64,000 bases of DNA, taken from the human T2T-CHM13v2.0 reference genome, Homo sapiens. The translations under genes were made by a program, and so were the position numbers. Within the stretch, counting starts at the first letter, position 1. The number at the start of each line of letters is the position of its first letter. The stretch lies in assembly GCF_009914755.1 (NCBI RefSeq), contig NC_060944.1. One strand, given 5' to 3'. Shown here piece after piece: positions 40,416 to 54,869 of this stretch. The notes below the pieces were generated by a model that was not told where the DNA came from, did not search any database, and saw only the letters and a list, made by a program, of their open reading frames with translations.

Positions 40416-41766
40416 GGCACCTTGGCATATGCAAGGTGCTCAACAAATATTTGAGAAATAAACAAGCAAACAACAAATGGGTAGTGAATGAAATTAAACT
40501 GTATGGTACTTGGCACATACTAGTCACAAAATGTACTTATAAAATTTATTTTATTAGACTCTGAATGCCAGGTGACTTATGATAAATGAGTTCACATAAA
40601 ATGAACAAATTTTTGACCTATCCTAAACAAAACACAAGAGCCCGTATGCGGAAGGGGAATAGAAGTATTCCAATAACTTCTTTTTGAGAAGAGTTATAAC
40701 AATTGAGTATAAATTTAAGTTATGAGCTTCTTATTAGCAAAAGCAAGGAGGTAAACCAGATGAGATGTCACAATTCTATTAGATGCAGAAAGCAGTATAC
40801 TATCACCCAATGCTAATATCTTATCAGATACCTTGGGTGAACAGGAAGGTATTATGGCTCCACTTGGCCTCAGCAGATCTGCTTGAAAGAAATGACACAG
40901 CATTTAAATTTTGTTCCATGTGGTCGACTCAGTCCACTTTCTCTTCTTTCTCTACATGCAAGCCTATATAACTAGTTCCCTTTAGGAGGAAAATGCCTGG
41001 CTTCCATAGTTTTCCCTTCTACAGCAGAGGTGCTGAATAGGATGAGCTATGTGCCCATTTCCTAGGTTGACCAGACACCTTCTGAGACTGCTGTGAGATT
41101 TCCTGGCAGGGATCAGTTCACAAATGTAGCATGCCTCTTCAAGAGTGAGAAGACTTTGAGGGAGATATACCTGAGAGCACTCAATAATTGAAAGGCAAGA
41201 AACACCACAACCAGAGCAGCCTCCCAAAGGCAGGGACAATCTGTCCTTGGAAACAGCAAACTTACTCAAATTAGAAGCCTCCGTGCGGGTGTGTATGAAT
41301 GTTGATTCAACCCTTGTTAAGCACTGACCCTCGGAGGTAGCTACAAGCCAGAGTGTCAGCTGCCCAGAAGCTGGAAAGAGGTCAGAACAAATGTTCCAAT
41401 GATGTGATGCTGTCCTGCCCCTAGAAGGTGCCCCGGTGCAGTGGGAGGACCTTTGGAGCCCACCAAGCCTGGATTCAAATCTGCCCCCTAACTTGTTAGC
41501 CAATTGACCTTGAACCCTTCCTTGCACATTGTTCCCTTCATCTGCAGAAGGTGATTGACACCATTGCCCTGTGCAGCCTATCAGCTACAAATACAGGTCT
41601 GGGGTCAGGCTGCTTGGGTTTGACTCCTAGCTTACCGATGGGGTGTCCTTGGGCAAGCACCTTGTGTTCTTTCTTTTATTTTCTCATCTATAAAATGGGT
41701 ATAGACATACCTACATCCTGTGACTATGGTAAGGACCATATGTACTAAACCATGTAAAGCCTTTAA

Positions 41767-41895
41767 CCCACTGATGATGGAGGTTGCAAATTTTTTCTGT
41801 GAAAAATTGGACCTTGGCGATGACCTTGAGGAGTAGGATATAAATAACTCCCACAAGCTTAGTGTTCCAATAACGGAATACTAGGTATACATGGG
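41767..41895. mobile_element. MER85 piggyBac MITE inserted in a MIR
   Basis: TTAA TSD at 41763-41766 and 41896-41899; ccca...tggg termini; gaccttggcgatgaccttgag.agtaggatataaataactcccaca core. Confidence 0.93.
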
Positions 41896-43444
41896 TTAAG
41901 ACAGTGCTCTTAAGGATAAGATGTTACTTGTTTTGATTCTCCAAAATTTGGGGCTTGGTGTGAGGCCAAAAACATGTGAGTAGTTGGCACAGTGCCAACA
42001 CTTAGTGTTTGCATCTCTTTCTTGCGGAAAGCCAGATTCAGTCCAAGCCCTGCTTGGGGGTGAGAGTAAGGTCCCTTCTGCAAACCCAAAAAGGGGTCCC
42101 AGGGACAGTTGGATGAGGAATTCCAGGCCAAAGCTTTTCCTTGGATGTGGCAGTAAGAACAGAGTGCACTGGGAACGGGCTGGCCAGCGCCTGCCCCCCT
42201 GGGAGTCACAGGAACAGAAATAGGAAGCCCGGGCTGGTATTTACAGTAACTCTTCAGCCCCTGACCACATTGTCTTGTCTGTGGTGCATTTATTTTGGGG
42301 ACAAGTACTGAAGTCATTGCTGCCCGAAAGTGCTCCAGGCGGGCCCGCCTGTCTCTGCTTTCCCAGGAGAGCCCTGAGGTGAGGGAACCAGACCCACAGG
42401 CAGGCCTGGAGGTGCCCTGAGTCTGGAAGGCTGACCGCAGGCCCGGCTCAGGCCCCTGCCAGAGAACAGGCCCAGGCTCCCCAAGAGACTTTGAGAGGTG
42501 CCCCCAGCAGGAAGCTCAGAGGAGGACGAGGCGGAGGGAGGGATGTCCCGCCCCACCCACCCACACCCTCATCTCACTTTCCTTTTCCTTCAAGGGCTGC
42601 CTTGGCCTGCCTTCCTGGCTGCGAGTGCTCCTCTCTCTCCATTTCTTATAATTCAGCAGGGAAAAGGGGAAGTGGATTCTTCAAAGCCTCTTCCTGGCCT
42701 TGATGAGCAAATGCATGGTCCCAGGCCCGGGTTCTGGCCTAGGCAGGCCTCCATTAGCCGTAGCCTGCCTGAATGACAGGCAATCCTAAAATGCCTTCGT
42801 TCCTGATACCTTTGCTTAGCAGAAGCATTGAGCTTCCCTGGAGGCAGGCCTAAGGCTCCACCTGTGAACGGAGGCTTGATTTCTTCAAGACTGTCCTATC
42901 TGGGAGGTTGCTCTGGCCAGAGCCTTAGGAGCTACAGTGCATGTTGTAGACTATGAGGCTGGCTCCCCCTAGAGTTGTCCAGAGCACAACCAAATATTGT
43001 GTGCTCACCTCTAGAGCTTCATGAAGCAGAATTTTATAACCACTAGACCTGATTATCACTTTGCAGGCTTGGAGAGCTGACACTCCTCTATCAGGTTAGC
43101 ATTTAGCGAGTACTTCACTTACCCTAAGGTGTGAGTTCATAGTGGCTTAATCCACTAACATTCCTTAGGGGTGTTTGTGTATTCACTGGACACAAAAACT
43201 GTTTAATGCCCAGGTTTAAAGGGCATAGCTGGAGAATGCTAGGCATTGTCTAAGACAAGAAAGAGATGCTGAGGTCCAGGAGACTCCCTTGTGTCTAACA
43301 GTTTATTCGAGAATAGCAAATGCCCGCCTGTCTGTGACCAGTGTTTTCTTGGAGCCAAGAATTATGCCTCTTGGGCATTTTGACCACCCCAGAAGATATA
43401 TGCCATTTTTACTGAATAGAGGAGAGGAAGAAAACTCAGATTTA

Positions 43445-43665
43445 TCCCCTACCCACTATTAGCCAGAAGTTATGCTAGCACTGTGACAAATGTCATTTCA
43501 TTTATTTTCACAACTACCCTTCTGGGCTGTTATTATCACCTCCTGGAAACAAGTAATGTGAGGCTGAAGGGAACTAAGCATATTGCCTTAAGTGACAGAG
43601 CAAATAAGAGGCAAACTTGTGATTTGAACCCATGTCTGTGTACACCCAGAGTCAGTCCTCCCCTC
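43445..43665 (-). mobile_element. MIR
   Basis: tcatttcatttattttcacaactaccct...gatttgaacccatgtctg. Confidence 0.65.
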
Positions 43666-43949
43666 CCTCCTGCCGCCATCAGATGGAATCCCATCTGTGT
43701 TCTGGGTATCAGCGTCCTCTGAGGAGTTCACTAAAATGTGCATTCCAGTTGAAATCTGAATTTCTAGGAGTCAGTCCCAGAAATTTCTATGTAATTCCTC
43801 CCTGCCCTCAACAAGGGATTCTGGTACAGAACCTGGTTTGTAAACTAACGTTTTGGAAGTTAGGTTGACGTTTGATAGTAGAAATAATCTCACTAGCCTA
43901 GGGAATTCCCACATCTTTGTTCATGCAAAGGAGGATGTCTTTTGTCTTC

Positions 43950-44700
43950 CATCCTTGAAGGCCCAATTCTAATTTAACCTTCTCCAGGAAGCCTTCTTGG
44001 ACTGTTTATCCAGCATGTGGTATCTCCTCTGTTTCCTACAATTATCTCCTTGTGCCTCTCTAATGCACTAACCACTGCATGCCTTGGACAGGCTATCTGC
44101 ATGCTTTTACCTTTCCTAGACTTGAAACTCCTCCTGGACAAACCTGGCTTTCTCATATTAGTTTTCATCCATTCACACTCATTATCATGGAGGATGCCAG
44201 AAACCTGGACAGAGCCCTAGATGTAAATCAAAAAGCAAGCATTGAAATGAGTTATGTTGGATAGAATGATCAAGGAACTTTATTAGAAACCTATATCTAG
44301 ATGGCAAACCTGCAGATTCCTCAAAATCCTCAGCTGCTTCTGGCTAATTTGACTTTTATCACCCAAATCCCTCTACCAGAAATAATCTCTCTCTCCAATA
44401 TATCCACCTGGTGAACTTCTCTTGACACTTTTCAATCGTCATCTCCTTGCAAAATCATTCCCACTCAGAGCAGCATTTACTACACCTGCTTCTGGGAAAG
44501 CTCTGCTATGCTAGGACCCACCAGAGGATATCCTATACTTTATTGTATGCCTTTCCCTCTGGGCTGCAAGCCTCTGCAGGACAGAATTAGGCCTTACTCA
44601 TCCATCTTATTCATTCCTAGGGCCTTAGTGTTTGGACAGGCACATATTAGTAGCTCATGAGAAGAATGAATAAATGAATGAATGAGTGAATGAATGGAAA
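43950..44700 (+). mobile_element. Two L2 3' fragments
   Basis: ccttctccaggaagccttct...; second ends gaatgaataaatgaatgaatg. Confidence 0.55.
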
Positions 44701-46485
44701 AATAACAGTAGCAAGTCTGGGTAACATCTCAACAGATGGGTCAGTTTTTCTCTCTAGAGTCAGTGTTTCTACAAGAACATAAACAAAGGGCAGCCAGCTC
44801 GCTACCAAGACCCGGCTCCACAGATTTTCCTGAGAGTCATCAGGTAGCCCTGGGTGAAAGAAGAAAGTCCCTAAGATCAGCTCCCTCTCTACCTGCCAGA
44901 GGTGTTCCCAATACCTAAGACAAAGCCAGGGACATGATAGATCGTTCAACCTTACCTCCTCCCACAAGGTCTCTCTTTCATAGTGTTTGCCTACTGGAGA
45001 AATTTCTCGAAGTGGATCCTGGAGTGTCACAAGAGCCCTTCACAAAGCCATTCCTACAACAAAACGTGGCCTGGCATGGAGCTCTCCCTCCTTGCTTCTT
45101 GTCCCAGAGTCTACGGGCATCAGAAAGTGATATGCAGGGAGATCCCAGGGGCTTCATCAGCACGTTCAGAGCCAAGTCACAGGGGTCAATGTTTTTCCCC
45201 ATTTCTGCTCATAATCAGTAACAAATGCAGCCATGACTCTGAACTTGCTTTTCTAGTACTTTTTAAAAAGACCTTTAGCCACATAATTTTTATTAGCTCT
45301 TTCTTATGTTTTTGTCATTTAACAATAAGAAAATTCCCACAAATTGAAGCCAGACATGTTTACATGGGCTATCAAAAGCCACTATACTTTTATCAGGTTC
45401 ATCTTTATTTATTCAGTGTCCTTAGCTCACTAGTCATGGGTTTTCAGTGTCTCCTTGTTGTTTTGAAAGCCAGAAGATGCTGGCATATGGTACAAGTTGA
45501 TTCTCCACTATGCCCATATGCCTAAAACCCCTAGAAAGTTCTTTGTTAGGGAGAGTAGGAGAGACATGTGAAATGAAAATCTCTGTTCCATTTGCATGTA
45601 TTCAATTGAATGTGCCATCCTGTACATATAATTAAGCCCTGATATATATCATAATTATGAAACTGGCACAATTTTGTATCTCATTAAAGTGGCGTGATTA
45701 GAACAATAGAATGTACGCCGTACACCTCCCTCCTTTCAGGTATAAACCAGGCCAGGTTTCTATGGTGTCTTGGAGCCTTTTACATAATCCGTCTATCACA
45801 GAGAGGACATGGGCTCCTGGAAACCACTTCTGATGTACAGTCACTGACACCTACTCAAGCTGGGACCATGCCCACCTACTTGGTGCTCAGACTCAGACTC
45901 AACCATTCCTCTCCATCCCAGGCTCAGTGAGGAGAAAAATCAATATTCCTAAGTGGGAAAAGACCCAATAAGTTGCTGAAAAAGTTACTTCCATTTATAT
46001 GTTTGCTTTTAAGTGGTCCTCTTTGGGGCAGTTAAATGGCAAAGTGGCCGGAGCACAGAAGAGGTGGCAGCCAGCCCAGCTCCCCTCTCACTACCTTGCA
46101 ACCCCAGAAAAGCAAATAACCTCTCCAAACCTTGCTTCCCTGTTTATTAGTATTTATTTATTTGATTTTCTTAAGTTTGCCCTTTGTGGTAAGAAATCAC
46201 CTCAGGGCACAGGCACAAGAGAGTAACAATTCATTAAACTACATACAACTGAGCTGAGATGGCTGACAGCCTCGAAGTAAGAGACAGCCAGACAAGCCTT
46301 TTTTAAAGCTTTGGCCCCCTAACTTGCCAGAACTACCGTAGGAGTCCAAGAACGCAGCAAGGAAGCACTCACTAGATAGGGAGAGAGGCTCCAGCTCCCA
46401 GAGATCTTGGGAGGCGTTAGCAGCAGTGCCCAGGCAGGCTGACCATGCTCTAGGAGCAAAGCTCATCTCAAAAATGTGGAAGGTT

Positions 46486-46781
46486 GGCCGGGTGCGGCGG
46501 CTCACGCCTGTGATCCCAGCACTTTGGGAGGCCAAGGCAGGCGGATCATGAGGTCAGGAGATCGAGACCATCCTGGCTAACACGGTGAAACCCCATCTCT
46601 ACTAAAAATACAAAAAAAAATAGCCGGGCATGGTGGCAGTTGCCTGTACTCCCAGCTACTCAGGAGGCTGAGGCAGGAGAATGGCGTGAACCCAGGAGGC
46701 AGAGCTTGCAGTGAGCAAGATCGCGCCACCGCACTCCAGCCTGGGTGACAGAGCGAGACTCCGTCTCAAAAAAAAAAAAAA
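46486..46781 (+). mobile_element. AluY
   Basis: Y diagnostics; TSD aaa(a/g)tgtggaaggtt on both sides. Confidence 0.97.
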
Positions 46782-47510
46782 GTGTGGAAGGTTCTCCTTA
46801 GCTTTAAAGGCAGTGTGGGAGCTACTGAGAATCTAGAAGAAAATCTGGTTGAGAACTGACTCAATCAAGCAAGGTCTGGGCACTGTCAACAAGAGTGACC
46901 CTGCTCAGAGGCAGGCCAGAACCCCCACTGGGTGTTAAAAAGAGGCAGAGGAGCTCACTCTCCCTGAGAATTACAATTGTCCAGCAAAGGAAAATGAAGT
47001 GATAAGCTCCATCCCCAGGGGAATCCAAGCAGAGATGGAGACCTGCTATGTTCCAGGAACCATGCCAGGGATCTGCATAAAATTCCCAGGGAACCAGATC
47101 ACCGAAGTTAGGAGGAACCATGCCAAGCAGGTGAGATACAGCTCAGTCTAACACTAATTCACACAACGCCTTCTACATAGAAACATTTTTTCAAGACTCC
47201 TTTGATAAAGCCTACTGCATACGTTCCACGGCCCTCTGTCTTTTCCACTGGACAACATATCTTAGATATCATTCTATGTCCATCCAGTAATGGGGTCTTC
47301 ATTCTTTTCAATGGCTACAATTAGAAGCATCTATCAATGTATCACTTTTTACATTGAGTTTCCAGTGATGTGCATTAAGGTTGTTTCTAGTGATCTGTTA
47401 TCACAATCTTTGTATATATGTCACATGAAAGTGTATCTTTAGGTCACATTTCCATAAGTGAAAACACTAGGTCAAAGAGAATATGCCTATGGAATACTGA
47501 TGGATACATT

Positions 47511-47801
<291 letters not shown>

Positions 47802-48859
47802 TAAAAGTCTCTCCAGGTTATCAACTCATATAGTCAGAGGGCTGCACTCCCCAGATGAAACATAAATCTCTGTTTATGGAAGCCCATGAACACATTCTGA
47901 ATACTTAAGCTCAAGAGAACAAAGCCTGAAGAGGGAATGTCTCTGGTCTGAAGTCCACCTTCTACTTTCCCATTTCTTTCTGTAGGGTCTGTCTCTTCTT
48001 CATACTATTCTTATCCATAGCACCCAGTCCTTTCCCTTCCTGAAGATGCAACCCTAGACTTAACCACTAGACAAACCCAGCAGAACATATTGTCCCAGTA
48101 TCCGTATAAGATCTATACATATGGTGCTTCATTCTCGGCATTTTTCTCTCTCTAATCACTACTGCCTTCTAAAGAAAATGTGGTATGCTGTTTAACAAAA
48201 GGCTCATGTTATGCTGAGCATGTTGATAAGTTTGGATAGACAAATATTGGCCAAAGATGGAGCTGAAGCTGGAAAGAGCCAATACACAATAAAGCCAGAG
48301 GAATTTGGAGATTCCAAGAGCAACCCATGAAAGAGGCGATAAGGAAGAGAGGTAGGGAAGGGGGAAAGGAATCAAAGAGCCATCAAGATATCAGGAGGTT
48401 GGGAGTTGTGTTGTCTGGGGAACAGGCCAGTGATGCTTCTCCAGAGGTCCTGGGACCCAAGGACATTTCAAACAAGGAGGTTACCTAATGTTTACTCTGA
48501 AGCAGCTGTGAAGCTGAGATGTAGGTGCTATCTTGGTATTCCTAATTGCCAAGCCATCGTTGAAGTCTAAAGAGTTATTACTTCTGTATGCGTGTAAGGC
48601 AGGGGAATAGACAATCAAGGAAGGAGCTGACCATGCCTGGGTTAATATGGCATGGATCAGTAAGTGCTCTTTCAGAGGTGAACCTCAGGGCCCAAGATAA
48701 CCATGGAAATACTAGCTTATGGGGATTCCCACTCTTAGCAAGGACCTCCATTGATCAAGAGGTCCAGAGAGTAGAGATTTCACCTGATCTCTGGACCAAA
48801 TTATATTGCACATTTCTGCACCTTTCTCCATGAGGGTAGGCCAAGATGGCTATTCTCAT

Positions 48860-49165
48860 CACCACAACTCTTCTTTCAGGTTGCCACATGGCCTTCTCCT
48901 TCACTTCAATCAGGTCTCTGTTCTAACAGAAAATCATTCCTGATCACCTAACTACAGCCATACCCCCTGCCCCACCTTCTCCACCCCCTAACCCTGTCAC
49001 CTAGCATTGTATATTTGTTTATCCCCTTATTGTTTTCCTCCCTCCCTAGAACATAAGCCCTGTAATAATGGGAAACTTCTCACCTTTGTCTTCTTGGTCC
49101 CCATTACCTAGAACTATGTCTAGCACAGAGTAGGTACTCAGTAAATATCTGTAGAATTTATTAAG
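48860..49165 (+). mobile_element. L2 3' end
   Basis: acctagaactatgtctagcacagagtaggtactcagtaaatat. Confidence 0.7.
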
Positions 49166-50889
49166 CAAGCCAAGAATGACTGGAGTACATAAACATGAAA
49201 ACATTTGGACGTTGTTTAAAACTAAGCAGATTACTATGTTGAGTGTCTCGATGTAGCTGAGAAAACAACTATTTCATAAGGAACAGAGTGAAATAAAAGT
49301 CGAAGGGTTTAAATTTTTTTAATTAGTCCTTTTATTCTCATGTTTTGCAGACTAATAGCAACCACGGACTTAGACACATAGAAGGATTTTATGAATTGCA
49401 CATCTCTCAGCAGGGTCTGACTGCCTGCATGGACAGGGAGGGTGAGTCCCAGTCCAGATAACCATGAACATCCATGAGTAATTATGACCAAGATCCTATT
49501 ACCAAGCCAAACCTTGCACTAGGAGTTAGGCATGTGTTACTGAGGTCAGCAGTTGGCTCTTCTGTCCACTGTTTTGTGCCAGCCCAGACAACTTAATGCT
49601 CTACCAGTGATTATACAAATTGTGCTCTCACTTTTTTTTTCAATTACAGAAGTAGAGAACATGTCATGATCCATACGGAGAAGGAACAGAGCACTGAGTT
49701 TAATCCAAGAGTTGTCTGCATTTCCATCATCAAACTATTACTTTTCCACTCATCCTGACCCACCACCATTCTCCCACTCTGTGTTCAGAACAGCCATCAC
49801 TGCAGAGTAAGATGCCATTAGCTAGCCATTGAGGTCATTAGCTGCATCCACACAGAAGAGCAGGGAGGCCAAAGGCAGCCTTTGGAAATCATACTCAAGC
49901 TACCAAAGTGAAGAGAAAGCCCCTGGAGATTCAGGGGAACAGGATCTCTGGCCCAAATAACCCACAGCTACACGAAGAGATGCAAGGAACTGAGCAGCTA
50001 CTTCATGATGTAAGACATGTAGATGAATTATCTAAATTACTCAGAGTACCTGTCTACACAGCCTCAGCTTACTTGAGAATTGTTCTTCCAGGCTTCATTG
50101 AAGTCATGAAATAAATAAAAAGCCATGGAACATAAATAAATATCATAGAAACCCCTCCCAATATATGGTTGCTCTCCTTAGAGGGATGGTGATAAAATCA
50201 AGTCTGCATTCCTTTATAGCATGCATCAGTGTTAACAACCCAGCATTGTTTAAGTGAATTTGACACATATCTGTGCAAATAAATTAATACTCTCACTTTG
50301 ACTGATTTTTGGCAGAAACAAACAGGATGCCATGCCAATTTATGAGTTGACCTGTTACAAGAGCCCTTCTGAAAATAATAAAATAAAAGCCATGCAAAGT
50401 ACTTCAATATATCTTAACACCAAAATTAAAGAAGTCAGCTTTTCTTTTTCCTTTTCTCTCTGTTCACCTAAAGTCCTCTGACCTGTTAAACTGTGTAATA
50501 CAAATGTGCTAGTGATAGCAGTTGTGAGAGGAAGAATAAAGGTAACAGGAAATGGGCAGGGAGCAGGCAGGAGATGCATGTAACAATTTATCAAGGGAAG
50601 AGAATGACACCTCATTGTCTATATTAAGAAGAGCTAGAAATAAATCAATAAACCATTTATTTATTCTTCCTGAACATCCAACATCCAATATTATAGCATA
50701 ACATATATCTTTCCACATGTCCACACTACCTTTTTTAAAGAGTAGAGTCAAAATTAACCAAATAGCCAATTTATAAAAACAAAAGCGTTGAGAGTGACAA
50801 ATTTGATCACCTTTTCCTATCACTTCAGTTGATTAAATATTATGTTCTGCTTTTTGATTATTTAGTCTATAAACAAAAAACATAAATAC

Positions 50890-51660
50890 AGAAGTCAATG
50901 AATTTTTGTCTATTTATAAGTAACTATCCACGTCCATAGCTTCAGGAAGTTTTCTCATGCTCCTTACTGGGCAATATCCACCTCCTACCCCAGAGTAACT
51001 CCTTTCACCTTTGTGAAAGGGTGAGAGTGACAGCGGTGTTGTTGTGTAAGGTATGATTCCAATTATATAAATTTCAAGTAAGAGGAAAATTAAACAAAAG
51101 TGAAAGAAGGTGACTTCTTTAGATATTAGCAATTTTACTACCTTTGGATATTGATAAATACCTTGACCTATAAGATTAATACAGTTTAATTATAATCTAT
51201 AGGATTCAGATACTTATCTTAATATTAATATTTTTAGATTGTTAGCTATCTCTTGAGCTTGAGTTTTTAGATATTAGTAATTTTCCTCATTCTCAAATTT
51301 TATATTACTGGAATCATACATTATGTTCTCTCTTGTGTCTGTCTTCTTTAGCGCAATATGGTATTTATAAGATCCATCCATTTTGTGGCATATATCCTTA
51401 GTTTACTAATTTTTATTGCTGTGTAGTATTCTACCATATGAACACACCACAGTCTGTTTATTTTCCTGCTGATGAGTATTTGGGGCTATTATGAAACGGC
51501 TGCTGTGAACATTCTTGTACAAGTCTTTTTTGTGAACATGTACCTATGTATGAATTTCTCTTGGGAATGATTTCTCTAGTTCATAGGATAGGCAGATATT
51601 TAACTTTATTCAAAAAAGCCACAGAGTTCTGCAAGGAGGTTGTACCATGCTGTCATTTGC
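50890..51660 (-). mobile_element. Old L1M fragment, interrupted at ~51010-51285
   Basis: ggaatcatacattatg...gctgctgtgaacattcttgtacaagtctttt. Confidence 0.7.
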
Positions 51661-51875
51661 TTTTAAAATAACTACGTTTTGACCAAATACAACTTATATC
51701 CACATTTCTTGTTTCCTTACCTCCTGTGAATAGTTTATTCATGGACATACAGATGTTGGGGATGGCAGGATACCATGAAAGAACACAACAGGCTTTGGAA
51801 TGAACTTCAGATAAGCTTCAAAACTCAATCTCCCCACTCACTAGTTTACAGACTTGAATCAAAATTTTACTTTTA

Positions 51876-52534
<659 letters not shown>

Positions 52535-52696
52535 CTATTACTCTATAGGCTTGCTGTAAGAATGAAGTGAGGTGAGACAGGTGAAAATATCTAGCACAGG
52601 TTCAGCCATGTGGCAGGCACTGGATAAAAGCAAATTCCCAAGTCTCCCTGCATTCCCTGAGCTTGACGAGCATCTTTGCTTTGGGGTGTTAAGAAA

Positions 52697-52697
<1 letters not shown>

Positions 52698-52735
<38 letters not shown>

Positions 52736-52736
52736 C
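52698..52736. repeat. (CT)n microsatellite
   Basis: Direct inspection. Confidence 0.9.
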
Positions 52737-53814
52737 TAGGCCCCAGAGACTGGGGAGCAAGGAGGTCAGGAAAAGAAAGACCCTGCAGAATGGAAGGTCA
52801 AGGGACCGGATGAGGATGAAAATCCACCCTCCATGGCAGAAGGGAAAAGCTCTATTTACAGTAGGACCCAGATGGAACTGATTTGTTCAGAGCCATCTTA
52901 TTCCTGAGTGTGATATTTGTCCACATCATAAAACCACAGGCTACAATGTGTCTGACATTATACCAAGTGATATAACCCCTTCTAATGATATTATAATAAA
53001 TCCCAAATGAGGCAGCCATCACTGGGCAGCCTTTTCAAAGTGTTCCTGAAATAGTTTTTACAGAACAAGGGATCTGCATGCCAAATGCAGAGGCTCACAT
53101 GAGGCCAGAGGAGTTAGCTCAGGCATACACATGAACACAACTGTGGCTTAGTTCTTGGCTGGGAACTTTTTCTTTCTGTATTAATCTATTGGTTTTTATG
53201 AAAGTCAAAATGTTTTTTTTTTTTACTTTTTTATATGAAGGATGAACTTGGATATTTTCTAAGTGCAATAAAATGTCCCCCAGGGTGCTTTTTTTATTAT
53301 TATTCTTTAAATCAGCAGTTTTTGTGCCTCTTCATTAGTACAAGTCAACGACCTTTCATCTTGGCTTCACCTCCAAGAAAGCTGACCACACTTCCTGCCA
53401 TCCTGGTGGTAGAAGCTTGTTTTTCTCTGTTGTTTTGCTAACATGCATAGGTATATTTCTGAGATACCATGTGATCTGCTTCCACAAGCATAGGGAGCTT
53501 GCTGACTCAGGAACCATTGAATTTTTTTCTAGGACAAACGTGTAGCCCTTTCTGCCCTTAAAGGCAAGAACCGCAGGAAATCATGTGTCTTTACTAATAG
53601 GGTTGCATACACCATCCTCCTGGACTGTGCTCTTAGAATTAGTAGGATCTGGAACAAAAAGGAGTATCTCTCACGATCACCAGTACCCCACCACTACCAT
53701 AACCAGCGTCACCATTTCCATGACTGGATTCACAACAACACCACTGTTACTCTCACCCTCGTCACTTCCCTTGCCTGTCTTTCCCACATAATTATTCTTC
53801 TGGCCATTCCCACT

Positions 53815-54245
53815 GCAGTGGATAATCTATTGTCTGCATCTTCCCAACACACCTCTTTCCTTCCCTTTCCCCATGTCATGTGGTTCCATCACTGGTCCAA
53901 AATTTGAGCCCAAGATACGAATACATCTGTTTTACTGATATTGGGAAAGACTCTTTTTTTATTCTGTCACTGGAATCACAAGGCTGGTCTGGGTAAGTCT
54001 AAAATTGCTAGAGATTACTAATTGCCAACAGGAGAAAAAGAGCTTATTTAACATGAAATATACACCGAAGGGAGCAAATCAGAAAAGAGGGGGAAAAAAA
54101 GAGAGAGAAGCTCTTTTAAAATTGTTGAGCCACCTGGATTCAGCCATGCCCATAGTTTTAGTTATTTAAAATGTTAATTGTTTTGCTTACACTGCTTTGA
54201 ATTGGGTTTCTTTTGGCATAAAAATGAAAGGATTTGACTAAAACC
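53815..54245 (+). mobile_element. Old MLT1 (K/L-like) LTR
   Basis: ttgttgagccacctggattcagccatgcc...tttgcttacactgctttgaattgggtttct. Confidence 0.6.
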
Positions 54246-54869
54246 ACCCTCCCTGTTACCTGGTTCATATTTCCCACCTCTATTCCAACTACACTCCAGC
54301 TTGGCATCCCATATCAAAGTGTTTGCTGGCAAGCCAGGGCCTGGGGTTGAGATTCTAAGGGATAACTATGATCTCCTACCTAAGTAAGCCTAAAGATGAA
54401 GCTACATTTCTTAAGGGAAAGCAAGTCCTTCATGCCAAGGAGACTAAACACAAACTTCAAGCCTGGAACAATTAGGATAACACCAAGTTTAAAACAAGAG
54501 TAAAAGACCTGAGATAATTGTTCCCGACACTAACAGAGTACAGGAAATTTCCTTTATGGACTAGCATTTTGGTTAGTGAAGATAGGAGGGTGACTTAGCA
54601 AATACAAACCAAGATGGAAGGTACCACTTTCACCAGCATCACAGTCCACCAAGTATCAACAGCATCATGGTGGCTGTCTTGCATTTCATCTTTTACTGGG
54701 CATTTAGAATTCAGCAGATACAAAAAGGGCCTCTACTTTGCAGGAGTATATATTCCCACAGGGTGGAAATACAGAAAGACAAATTCAACAAATAAACTTT
54801 CACAAGCAACAAAAAGCTATTTGTCCCCAAAAGAGTGGCTAAGATACGAGGTGAACATTAATATACATT

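Noticed and set aside
40982-41527. 181-aa minus-strand ORF, and possible L3/CR1 remnant at ~41130-41430
   Set aside because: The ORF begins in a MIR and has no recognisable homology. The CR1 resemblance is too weak to call by eye.
41773-41890. Possible C/D-box snoRNA or U8-like sequence (tgatga, gatga motifs)
   Set aside because: Fully explained as MER85 with TTAA TSD
42320-42630. GC-rich patch as CpG-island promoter
   Set aside because: CpGs are sparse and there is no island-level density or promoter architecture
44983-45525. 180-aa ORF
   Set aside because: Non-ATG start; hydrophobic bias explained by T-rich DNA
52698-52865. (CT)n-cctag as splice acceptor of an exon
   Set aside because: No good downstream donor; the tract is a simple repeat
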